Below are positions 41,051-52,478 of a stretch of 64,000 nt of DNA, one piece after another (position 1 is the stretch's first letter; each line of letters begins with the position of its first letter). Where the stretch lies: NCBI RefSeq assembly GCF_009834535.1, contig NC_045696.1:42720001-42784000 (forward strand). Reading direction: 5' to 3'. This DNA comes from Camelus ferus (lineage: Eukaryota). Both the position numbers and the translations under genes were made by a program. The notes under the pieces are model-generated. The model had not been told where the DNA came from, searched no databases, and worked only from the letters and a program-made list of their open reading frames with translations.

Positions 41051-43725
41051 CCACGCATGTGGGGAGATAGTAATCATTTGATCTGATTGATAATATAAAA
41101 ATGGAAAATATTGTGTATTACCTCTAGGGTGGAAGCATTTAAGGAATGGTCAGTGGAACTCCCCAGTTTCTGCCCTTCTAGTTGACCTAGCTGGGGAACC
41201 ATATGGTTTTAACAGTTTCAAGAAACCTTAATAGGAGGGTGTACAGATGTTCTGTGACTAAATGTCTGCACCGTCTTTATTCGTGTCTTCATCAAACCTG
41301 CTAATTACCAGGATGGCTCAGTTTCTCATGGTAGAGTAAGAGTATCCATTTGAAGTTTAGATGTCTTCTAAATATTGACTTTAGAATTTTTACTTTTCCA
41401 TTTTAATGGTTTTAAGTTTTAATCTCTGTACTGTCATTGACAGTATTTCTACTGGTGTGTTCACCATAAATGTTAGGGAGATTGCCATTGAGCTCTCTGG
41501 CTTACATGGCAGGAAATAATTTGATTTGGTTTCCTGACAAACTGGATGAGATGTCTCTTCCAATGAACATTCACCTTGCCACTGAGCATGCCATGTATTT
41601 AGACACATGGTTTTATTTTTATGATCTTTTAAAACTTCATTTATTTTATGTAGCCCATGGCTGAGATAATCTTTTATAAGTTTTCTGAATACCAGGATTG
41701 GTGGCAGGTTTGAAAGTGCTCTGCTTTGGGCAGGAATGGAAGTATTACCTCCCTGTAAGGCAAGCATCCAGAGAAAACATATATTATTATTAATAGGAAA
41801 ATTCTCAGCAAGTTCATTTTTCATTCATACTTTGTGGTGTATAATATTATAGAGGATACATGTAAGGGAAATGTTACCCACATATTGATTTAGAGAGGCA
41901 GTGTTATAGATCATATTATAGTTAGCCATTCTATACATTATCGCCCCATGCCACTTTTAAAATACATGGTATTAAAAGTAAAAAAATAAAATACATGGTG
42001 TCGATAGAGTAGGAAAAAAAAGGAAAGATTATTTTCCTCTTGTTTTAACTTAATCATTTCTATGTCACAGTTTTATCAGGACAAATGAATGAAGAGAAAA
42101 GGCAGGGACAATACGATTAAAATAAATTCATATTCAATCTACACTCATGGCTGCTTTTGGCAAGGAATTGTGTAAAACTCCACTTGGGTGTCTTGAAGAT
42201 GAAATTTCTTTTCTGACTGTCAGATTAACTAAAACAATCCTTAATACCAAAGGGTCAGAATAAGCATAAACCCCACTATACTAGTTCATGGTTCTAAAAC
42301 AACAGACATATGGAGACCCTGTTAGGACTCACTGATATTCTGTAGATGAAACAACAGGCAAGGCAAAGCCTTCCCTTCAGGACTCCAGCGGCTACTGCAT
42401 TTGACAAGAACTACAACAAGGTCAAAATATTTTAGTGACGTTGGTGACCATTATGCAAAAAATGAAAGTTTTAAATATGAGAACTTATACCATTTAATGC
42501 TTACTGTGTACATTCAAAAAAATTTAACTAGTGCAAAATGTTATTGGGTGTCACGATTAAAGGTTTTAAATCTGTTATTAAGGGAGGACTAGGGGTTAGG
42601 AATGTGGATTCCTGTTTCTGATCACATTGCAGAGACTCATTCTTCCTTGTTCTACCAAGCAAGATAAAGGAGTTCTAAGTTTTATAAATTCTTTGTAATT
42701 TTCTAATGGACCCCATTAACACTCCTTCTCATTTTGATCTTAAAATATATGTCTGAATAAAGCATCCAGGGAGGATTCCCTCCCTTCCTCCTCCTCCCAT
42801 CCAAGTGGCCAAAGAATCTTGCAGATTATTATTAATTATTTTATGTTTATTAACTCAACAGGCATGGTCTGATTGACCATGTAAGGGCATGAATATTTCA
42901 TTTCAGAAACGAAAATCTTCTGTTCCAAGAAAAGGGTAGAGTACCTCGTTGGTTGGACATCCCAAATTGTACTGCTAGTTTGACACTTGTCTAATGTTGA
43001 ATACTTGAGGTCACATTTACCCAAAGAACAGGTAGTTTTTAGGGGTTGCTTTTAATCTCATTGCATTCTTCATCATTGCAAGAAACCCACCATGAAAAGC
43101 AAGCTGTTGTTCTCTAAGCTTCTACTTCAGTGGTCATCAGTGACAGGAAGACAGCAGGTACGTTACAGACCCATTTGGTTCTCTGGAGAGCCACACCTCT
43201 GCGGTAATGCAGCAGTTAGAACTGGCAGGAAGCCTTGTGATGCAGAGGTACATTTTTAAAGGTATAAAACAGGTGTGTTCTGTTCTATATTCTCTAAAAT
43301 GTATTTTTTTAATGATCTAATGCCACTTTTTTGAATAGTAGACACCTGAGTGTCTATTATAACTTAATCAGCTTGAATTTAATTTTTTTTTAAAAAAACA
43401 TTCTACCCTGCTTCCTAATGTTTTTCCAAGAAAAATGCACTACTGATTCTAAAACAGAGCCAATTACCTTTGATAGACATTTTGCTGCTTTTAACAGGTT
43501 TATAAAAGACAAAGCCTTAAGATAAATTACCTCATTTGGTTACTTTGGTGTTCTTTCATAAGCAGTCTATCTAGAAGTTATTTTGCTTAAAAGTAGACAT
43601 TCTGTGCATACACTGAGAGTTTGTTTCGCCCGAGGCAATTCTTTGTTTATAATTACTGCAATTTTTTTTTCAAAACAAAGTAATTTATGTTTTCTGGAGT
43701 AAAATCTTGGACACTTTTGATCTCT

Positions 43726-44430
43726 CACTCTCTCTCTCTCTTTCTTTTTTTTTTTCTTTTGTCTGGCCACTTTGTTTATTGTCCTCTTGGTACAAGGTAC
43801 CTGGTTATGAGGTGTCAGGAAAGCTCGTGTGTGGCTTGGATAGTAAAGAGCAGTGCTTTCTCAGTTTCCTTTTTGGTGTTTTGGTATAAAATAATCCAAA
43901 TACTTCTGCAAGCCTCCTTCTGCTAGTCTGCGGTGGGGTAGGTTGGGGAGGGGTGAGGAGGAGAGGGCTGTGGGGAGGGGCGCCCAGAAGCTAAGTACCT
44001 CAGAAGGAAGCCTGGGGACTGGTGGTGGCAACTCCAGGTGGGCCAGCATTGGTTTCGCCAGGCTGCTGCTTCCTCGTGGCTTCCTGGGCCTGGTCACAGG
44101 TGATCAAGTCACTGGAGGACCGGGGAGATTGCGAGGGCACTGGGCATGGCAGCACTGTGGCCATGAAGGGGGGAACGGATTTCCCCAAGAAGGAGCTCCC
44201 CAACCAGAAACCTGGACGGCCTTGGGGAGACCAGAGTGGCGGGGATGGCTTCCCTACGGTACTCCGTACTTGGCACTTCTGTGGGAACTGTTACTGGGAG
44301 TGGAATCCAGGCGGCTTGTGGGCTGGTGAAAATCTTGGCTATGATGCCACCCTGGACTTGGCGCTTGATCATGTTCATGAGTGCTGGGAACTGGGGCCGA
44401 GCCCATTTGCTGAGGAAGAAGTTGATCTCT
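43726..44430 (-). pseudogene. Putative 5'-truncated processed pseudogene, parent gene not recognised
   Basis: GC-rich block in AT-rich surroundings. Minus-strand AATAAA (43775-43780) lies 14 nt before an A-rich tail (43741-43760) that decays into (GA)n. A reading frame with GC3-biased codons gives FFLSKWARPQFPALMNMIKRQVQGG. Possible 9-bp TSD TTGATCTCT (43717-43725 / 44422-44430). Confidence 0.65.
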
Positions 44431-44694
44431 GATTTGTCTATGGTCTGTATTTAATATACCTAGAAGGTACTTGACAACATCACTAAGATAGAACATCACA
44501 AAGATAGAGGGGTCTTAAATTTAGGCAACTGTCTCTATTAGACACCTCAACGTCTACAAAATGATTTTACCCCACATTTTCTTTGGTAAGGAAAATGTAT
44601 TTATGCTCAAATCACAGCGTGGACTAGTTGCCCTCCCAGCTTCTTTTGCCAAGAATACAGTCTCAAGCTCTCTCACTCAATTCTTCTTTTCTTA

Positions 44695-44826
44695 AAATTT
44701 TTTTATTTGTTTTTTTGGGGAAGGAGGTGGTAATTAGGTTTATCTATTTAAATGGGGTCACTGGGGATTGAACCCAGGACCTCGTGCATGCTAAATGCCC
44801 TCTTTGACCACTGAGCTATACCCTCT
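44695..44826 (-). mobile_element. tRNA-derived SINE, Vic-1-like (camelid)
   Basis: The reverse complement reads GAGGGTATAGCTCAGTGG...AGCATGCACGAGGTCCTGGGTTCAATCCCCAG...ATAAACCTAATTACC followed by an A-tail. Pol III A and B boxes are present. Confidence 0.88.
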
Positions 44827-44983
44827 CTGCGTTATTTGTTTTTCAAAACATTATTTTACGGAAAGAGTATTCAAGGAGGCTTGCTTAAAGTCAAGCAGTC
44901 CATCTCCTTTTACAAATGATATAAATTACATTCCTTGAAACAGCTAAAGCAACAGAAAGCAGGTCATCTAGTTCATTAACATC

Positions 44984-45390
44984 TGCTGAAGGAAGTCACA
45001 GAGAGGATCTGCCTGTTGGTTGACCCTCAAGGTGGACCCAGGCTCCTCATTCCTCCCGTCCTTTGAATGTACGTTCTGTCCACCATTTGCCTACTAGGAG
45101 CAATTCCAAGAACTAGCGTTGAGAGACTAAGATGCTGTTCAGACCATCTGAGCTGAATATGTGACTGAACCCTGGTAAAGCTGTACAAACTTTTAAGATT
45201 CGGGCGGGCAGGTGCAGAGATCTACTGGTCTTGAGGCTGACCAAGACAAGCCTTGTATGTCCCTTGCTTACTAAAACTGCCACCTGCCAATATGGAGTGA
45301 CCTGCCTCTTTCTTAGGTCTCTCCCTGCCCTCTTTGTAAGGGGCCAGTTTTGGATTTCACCTGGAAATCTCCTGAGTTTGCAAATCAACA
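44984..45390 (+). mobile_element. Solo LTR, ERVL-type (MER74/MER89-like)
   Basis: TG...CA ends and a 5-bp near-TSD ACATC (44979-44983) / GCATC (45391-45395). Confidence 0.6.
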
Positions 45391-45792
45391 GCATCCCTTT
45401 GCAAAATCTCTTTTCCTGAATTGCTGTTCTGAACTGAGCTCTGGTATGATGCCATCAGCCTATATTGATAATTGAGTTTGTCATTATGCTTATTAGATGG
45501 CTGTTGCAAAGAATATTGTTTGTTTCATTATACAGTGAGTGGCTTTTTTATCAGGCGCCTTAGAAGAAATTACTGTTTGATCTTACCATCACCAGCGATT
45601 GGATTTTTTTCTGAGCAGTTGGTTTATTTCATCTATTTTATTGTGATTTATAAAACTGTTAATTACATCTTCCCAAAAAGAATTGAGTTTTTTTTCTCAC
45701 AATATATTTTTTAGTTACTGAAATATGAGAAAAGTGCGTTGATGAGTCCTGGAGTTTTTGGGTGGAAATAACTTTGATAATAATAGCTAGGA

Positions 45793-46003
45793 CAGTTGTC
45801 CCTTGAACAATGAGGAGACTGGGGACACCAAACCACCAGTTGAACAACCCAAGTATAACTTTACAGTTGGTCCTTTGAATCCACAGTTCCACATCTGCAA
45901 ATTCACCCAGCTTCAGATGATGTAGTACTGTGGTACATACTTATTGAAAAACAATTTTCATGTAAGTGAATCCATGCAGTTCAGGTTGTTTGGGGATTGA
46001 CTG
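45793..46003 (+). mobile_element. Tigger2-type MITE
   Basis: Starts 'cagttgtcccttgaacaa' and ends with a degenerate inverted repeat 'ttgtttggggattgactg' followed by TA. Confidence 0.8.
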
Positions 46004-46009
46004 TATTTA

Positions 46010-46200
46010 TTAATTATTTTCTGTGTTGTAGCAATGTTCTAAGCAGGTTAAAGTATTAACTCTTTGCAATTATTATTGCTAATTTATAGATGGAGAAACT
46101 GAAATGCTAAGAGACGCAAAGACATTTTTAAAAACTTGCCCAAAGACACAAAGCTAGTAAGTATAAGAACTACCATTCAAGTCCACGCAGTCTAGAATGG
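46010..46200 (-). mobile_element. MIR SINE
   Basis: 'ttatagatggagaaactgaa...aacttgcccaaagacacaaagctagtaagt'. Confidence 0.7.
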
Positions 46201-47293
46201 CCGCTATATCACGTTGCCCCTCAGTTCAAATGGTGATAATATTTGTTTGACATCCTGTCTTAACTTATCCTGTCTTATTTTACGTATAAAATCAAAACTA
46301 TTAGCTTAGGCATCAATCATGAAATAACATTTCATGGTTGGGGCACATAACAGGCACTGGGTAAATGTTAATTTTCTCACCGGGGGAATGTTTAGGCACA
46401 GTGAAGGAGGTGTGTGGACCTTACGTCCAAGAGTTTATGGAATCATTGTTATGCTGCTTTAAGCTTTGCACATCTAAAACAAAATGCTCAAAACGTTTTA
46501 ATTAAGGAAAAGGGGACAAGAAATTCGGGAATGGGTTTTCTCGTACAATGTATGAACTTGCTACAGTGAAGTGAATCTCTTACGTCACGACTCTTTGTTC
46601 TTTCAGATAGTGTAGTCTCAAGTGTCCCATTCCATTTCTCAGAAAAGTTTGTGCTGTGGACTGAGGGACTTTGGTTGTTTGGCAGTTGCACACATTCACC
46701 GCTTTAATATCTTCCTTAAGTGTTGTGATGAATTGAATTCTTGATGAACATATACTAAAAGATTGTTATTGTATTTCCCCCACTGTTAGAGGGGCAGAAG
46801 GTTGAGTTCGGGACTGTTTGGAAATTTGAGATATAAACATCTGCAAATTTGAAGCTTGAGCTCATATGAGGACCAAAAGCTAACTAGTAGCAGGAGGCTA
46901 GGGTTGCTGAGTGCTCAGCCAGAATGCATCAGAAGCTGAGTACTCCCACACCAGTGCTTTTTAGAGTGAGCATTTGTCTAATTTAAATATACTCAAAGCT
47001 GAGAGCTGGCTGAGACCTTAAGCAATCCAGATTTGTATTCAGTGTGTTTCTGGGGGAAGTGTTTTCCAGAAAATATGGGACAATCAGAGTGGGAAGGAGT
47101 TTGGCTCCCTAGGACCCTTTCCCAAACGGTAATTGCAGGAGGCCAGATTAAACTCCATTATTCTTCCATGGAGCTCAATCCTATGAATCTCTGAACTTAG
47201 CAAATCAATGATAGGCTTTCTGTTATTTCAATGCACTCATCAAGTAAAAAGATAAAAAATTACCTTTCTGGGAATATATTAATATATTATTAA

Positions 47294-47425
47294 TTTCATT
47301 CAACCAGTATTTTCTGAGTACTCTGTGCCAGATACTGCTCAAAGATCTTGAGATCTTATTTCTCAAATCCTGAGATATATTAGGGAACAGAAGAGATAAA
47401 TATCCTGCCCTCACAGCACTCACGA
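47294..47425 (-). mobile_element. L2 3' end
   Basis: 'ttcattcaaccagtattttctgagtactctgtgccagatactg...atcctgccctcacagcactcac'. Confidence 0.7.
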
Positions 47426-48243
47426 TGCAAACTAGGGTAACTAACGTTTTGTGACAATGTGGCTACAAACTGGACTGAGGAGTATTATGAAGAATACTTT
47501 TCCTAAACAAAGTAATTACATGAAGAAGCTGCACAAAGCGTCTCTGATTTCAAGAGAATAAAACAACGTGAGCTAAGTGATAATTAAGTTCTCTTTTCCT
47601 ATTAATCGTGTGGTATAATAATTCAATTTCCAAATCTAGCTCCTGGAGCAGGATGCCGCTGGAGCAGCTTCAGAAATTGTTCACCTATTGGACTAATGCT
47701 ATGGGCTTGAGGCCAGTGTAATTAGGATTGGGTCTGCATGGGTCCAACAGGACCTGCATGGCTGGATCACAGATAAAGGTGATTGTGGGAAGCCATCGCT
47801 GGAATCGCATAGTTGGACTGGAGGAGAAGGAACTATTTATCAAAGGAAGGCATTTATTTCTCCAAAAATCGAAAGAGGTACTGAGAGGAACAAAATATGT
47901 GCTGTTACAGGTGAAGGGGCCCTGGCCTTTGAATTCTGAGTGATCTCTTTCCTTTAGTCCTCAGCCAGTGTTTGCTGGTAAGCGGAGGAGAGTAGAGGTT
48001 AGGTCACATGGAAGGAAGAGCTGACAAGAGCTAGGGATCAGGTACCACACAATAGATCAGAGTCAGTCCTCCATTCACAGTAGGGATGGGAAATGAGCCA
48101 GAAATTTAGTTATGTGCAGGGATGAGACATGGGTGTCCATATTGGGGTTGTCGGCTATGAATTGTTGGTAGAAGGGTGTTACGATTCAGGAGCTTCCAGT
48201 ATTATCCCTGATATGTTTTGTATTTGGGTGATGGACATCTGGA

Positions 48244-48262
48244 CCCCGCCACCTAGTGGACA
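48244..48262 (-). promoter_or_regulatory. Candidate CTCF binding site
   Basis: The reverse complement TGTCCACTAGGTGGCGGGG is a near-consensus CTCF core. Binding is not demonstrated. Confidence 0.5.
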
Positions 48263-49540
48263 GACAATGAGGATAAGCATTTTTTTCCTGATGAGAATCA
48301 GCTCTGGTGGATCCTCTTAGGACTTCTGCTATAGGAGGCTGGGTAAATGTAAGGGCCAACATGTACAGTGTTATCCTCCTCCCTGAGGTCTAATTTAGCT
48401 GCCGAAATTTAAGAGAGAATCAGTTAAACGATGGAGGAATCGGTGGCGATTAAAATAATAGTGGTCCTTGGCCACCTGCAAATAGTGGTCCTTGGCTTCA
48501 TGGCAAAGATTTGGGAGAGGGTTTCATTTGTTCCATACATTTAATATGGGACAAAGGACAGAGAAAAGGCAGTGACTGGATGGAGGAAAAAGAATAGGAA
48601 CTAGAGGATAATAGTCATTAGTGGAAGATATATTTTAAGAAAAACCTTTTTTGTCTGTGGATAGAGGAGTAGGAGTGGTGATCAGAGTAGTGGAAAGATT
48701 CATTCTTTGTTCTAAATGTCTTTATTCTAAAGTCATCTCTTTATAAATATTCAAGAACAAATTATAACAATATTTAAACCAGTTTAACTTTGTTTTCCTG
48801 TTTAGATTCTAGACTTTGATGTTGGTAGATTCCCAGATTATTGTGGGGGAGAGAGTGTCCCAGGGAAGAGCAGGAAAACTCTCAGGTAACGTTTGGGCCA
48901 CGCTTTTGTAGTATTGATTTTAAAAAGTTATTTTTAGTACTTCCTAAAGAGCCAGTGAAAAAGGATTGCGAAATTGACAAAATATTAGCTGTTTTCTAGC
49001 CTTCACCGAAGGGTGATGTATCCCTCATGTATATACTTATGGAGTTAATGAAATACATATTTGAAAGACATCACATTAATAAAAAAGAGTGATTGGATAA
49101 AGTATCACCTGTATTTTGCTAGTTTACTGCGGGCTCTCTCTCCCTGCACCTGGTACGTATTTTTCATCTTTTTATTTGGCAGGAGAGAAGTATCTATGAT
49201 GGGGAACCCTGCAACAGCTCTTTCTCTTCATAAAGGAAGGGATGCTGAAAATCTGAGTCATTACAGCCCCGTTTCAATTTTATTCACAGCAGTTAAATTA
49301 TTTAAATGTCTCCTCTGCAGTCAAAATGAATATATTTTAGTTTACAAATATTTTATTATCATTAGAGCAATTTTTGTTTCCATTATTGTAGCTTCCGAAT
49401 TCCATGTTATTAAAAATGAGAAATAACCTTCCCAAAGTGATTCCAAATTAGATTTCTGGGGGAAGATTTTATTTATTATTTTTCTTAGGTTCTTTGACTA
49501 GAGGGGCTACATGTATTTCAGTAGATGAGTTATATTTTCT

Positions 49541-49600
49541 CATATATATATATGTGTGTGTATGTGTGTGTGTGTGTGTGTGTGTATATGTATATATATA
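49541..49600. repeat. Compound (TA)/(TG) microsatellite
   Basis: Seen directly in the sequence. Confidence 0.9.
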
Positions 49601-50479
49601 ATTTTAGTCAATCAAGAAGCTTTGCATTTCAGGCCAAAAATAAAATCATAAAATCTGTTGAGTGCATTATAGTGTTTCCTCCTTGGGAGATTTACTAACT
49701 ACATAAATTATGTTAGAATTTATGACATGACCATTTTATTGATTATATCATGAGCTTGATGTCTTGGGGCTGCTGTTACTGTGCAGAGATAATTAAGAAG
49801 CTTTTTAATTTTTATCCCATTTTCTTTTGTGAACTCAGCTACACTTAATTGTTTCAATTTTGAACATTCATATTTTAATAACTTTAATGTGAAAACATTT
49901 ACACAGAAGATATGAGAGTAAAATTTTTATAGGTTTTGGTTAGGTTCACAAGGTTTCAATTCTTATTCTCTTGGTAAGATAAATGTCATGATAAAATGTC
50001 CTATCTCTCTGTCATTGAGAGGGGGCAGCCTTCTTATAATGCCTACTGTCTACACAGAACATCAGAATGAGGTGATGACGTAACTGGAGAGTTTGTTTTA
50101 TGTGTATGTATACTGACTTCTTTGTAAACCTAAGCTCAAAAGGATCAACTATACAAGGAGATGTTCAGTTTTGCATTATTTGACATTCTGTATTATCAAT
50201 ATTTCTTATTTGATAGGATATTAGCACTTTTGCATATTGGTTAACAAACTAAGCATAATTATACCACTATCAACATTTTGTGCTGTTATTTCTTGGACTG
50301 AACCTTAGAGTAGTTAAATATTTCATTGCTTAGTGGCTAAAAAACTACGTTCTGTGGTTAGCACTTTAGGATTAGAAATGCTTTTGTTTTATCTAATCAT
50401 GAAAAGCAGGTAGGAAAAATACCTAAATTGTCCATTTCAGAAGTGAGAGTTCTGGAATGGCAAATTAAGAAACTTCAAA

Positions 50480-50825
50480 AATCATATTAAGTGAAGGAAG
50501 TTGGACAGAGAAAGACAAATATCATATAATATAACTTATGTGTGGAATCTAAAGAAAGATACAAATGAACTTATTTACAAAACAGATATAGATTCACAGG
50601 CATAGAAAACAAAACTTGTGGTTACAAAGGGGGAAGGAGTGAGGAGGAAGGATAAATGAGGAGTTTGGGATTAGCAGATACACACTAATATATATAAAAT
50701 ACATAACAACAAGGACCAACTGTATAGCACAGGGAACTATATTTAATATCTTATAATAACCTATAATGGAAAAGAATCTAAAAAAGAGTATATATACGGT
50801 ATATGTATAATTGAATCACTTTTCT
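50480..50825 (+). mobile_element. Lineage-specific L1 3' UTR fragment
   Basis: 'aagtgaaggaagttggacagagaaagacaaatatcatat...ctgtatagcacagggaactatatttaatatctt...gaatcacttt'. Confidence 0.9.
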
Positions 50826-51159
50826 CCAAAATATATGTCACACACAATGTCATCCATAAATGGGAGAGATCTAAATGTCCATTCACGGAGAGAGAAATAA
50901 ATAGGGAAGTTATTTTGGTGAATCTGGCTTGAACAAAATAGGCACTTTTTCATAACTGATTTATTAAAATATAAATTCATATACTGTAAAGTCCTCTGTT
51001 GTTTTCCAGAGTTCTGAAAAAGTTGATTTTGACAATTTTTCCAGCGTCCTTATTACTTTTATGGAGAAGTAGATTTTTTTTAAAGCATATTCAGTTTACA
51101 GTGTTGTGTTATTTCAAGGCCAAACCCTGACAGAACACAGAACAAAAGCCTGGGAGGGA

Positions 51160-51370
51160 GGCAGTAGAGTTTTATGAAGAGAATCAGAGGCATTTGAGTC
51201 TGAGTTCATGTCACGTCTGAGCCACTTACAAACTGTGTGACTTAAATTATTCATCCTGAGCCTCAGTTCCTTGTTTCTAAAACAGAAACACCAGTCAGTA
51301 TTTCAAAGCTCCGCTGTGTATATCAAATGTGATAACTGAGTAAAAAAGACCTAGCACAAGTCCAGGAACC
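51160..51370 (+). mobile_element. MIR SINE
   Basis: 'gccacttacaaactgtgtgactt...ctgagcctcagttccttg'. Confidence 0.65.
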
Positions 51371-51993
51371 TCATATTCATTTCCTATGTCCCTACATCTA
51401 AGCCAAAAATAAACAAAATAGGTCACTCAGCCAGTTTCTTATTCTCACTCTACTGAGTTGCCACGTAAGTTAGGGTCAAATTTGTATAATGAGAGTGAAT
51501 TTCAACCTTTACACTCAGATGATGAGAAATACAGCCTTATTTGGTTTAATCTGATTTGACTCTGGATCTACACTCAATCTCCGTTATTACTTAGGTCCCT
51601 TTTCTTTTTCAACTCTGCGACTGATCACATGATCTGTGTGATCCACTTTATGCATGATACGACAAATTTGCAACTCAGTGAAAAGTCTTAGGGACACTCA
51701 CAGTCCAGTGGCTTTCTCCTTCTCTGCCTTTTATAGACCCAGAGCAGATAAATCTGGCTATTAGGCTCCAAAATCCCTTGGCACAGTGTGTACCAAGTTC
51801 TTTCTGAGATTTTCTCACTTTTTGAGGGTGCTGCTCCATTGAGTTCTCCACCACACTGGAATTTCTCTCCTCCATTTTCTTTCCAGGCAGTCTTGTTCTG
51901 TGTTGCTACACTGACAGCCCATTTCCACTCTCTTCCCACCTCTCCTCAAAGTCCAGCATCCTCTCTTTAATAAGAGTAGGCTTTAACCAAAAG

Positions 51994-52478
51994 CAGACAA
52001 TCCCTGACTTAGAATTTTTCGACTTTTCGATGGAGGAAAAGTAACAGACATTCAGTAGAAACTGTTCTTCGAACTTTAAATTTTGGTCTTTCCCCAGACT
52101 ACTGATACACTGTACAGTACTCTCTCTGGTGAGTCTGGGCAGTAGCAGTGAGCCACAGCTCCCGGTCAACCACATCATCACGATCATGAGGGCAGAACAT
52201 AGATACACTCAGAAGCATTCTGTTTTTCACTTTCAGTACAGTATTCAATAAATCACAAGAGATAGTCAACACTTTATCATAAAACAGGCTTTGTGTTAGA
52301 TGATTTTGTCCAACTGTAGGCTAATGTAAGTGTTCTGACAGCACGTTTAAGGTGGGCTAGGCTGAGCTATGATGCTCAGGAGGTGAGGTGTATTTAATGC
52401 ATTTTTGACTAAAAATATATTCTATGTAGGATGGGTTTATTGGACCAGAATTCCAAAGTAAATTGAAGAATAGCTTTA
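51994..52478 (-). mobile_element. MER47/Tigger5 DNA transposon remnant
   Basis: 'ggctttgtgttagatgattttgtccaactgtaggctaatgtaagtgttctg...gctaggctgagctatgatg...gtgtatttaatgcattttt' matches recalled antisense MER47. Confidence 0.85.

Noticed and set aside
43943..44454. Overlapping plus-strand ORFs (128, 136 and 72 aa)
   Set aside because: Best explained as antisense open frames of a GC-rich minus-strand retrocopy.
44476..44507. 16-bp tandem duplication AACATCAC(T/A)AAGATAG
   Set aside because: An ordinary local slippage duplication with only two units; not CRISPR-like.
44750..44826. Apparent tRNA gene with A/B boxes
   Set aside because: It continues into a SINE body and A-tail and lacks a proper acceptor stem, so it is a SINE head.
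48128..48160. GCPYWGC peptide resembling a retroviral Env SU motif on the plus strand
   Set aside because: A stop follows two codons later and there is no supporting flanking similarity. It is too short to trust.
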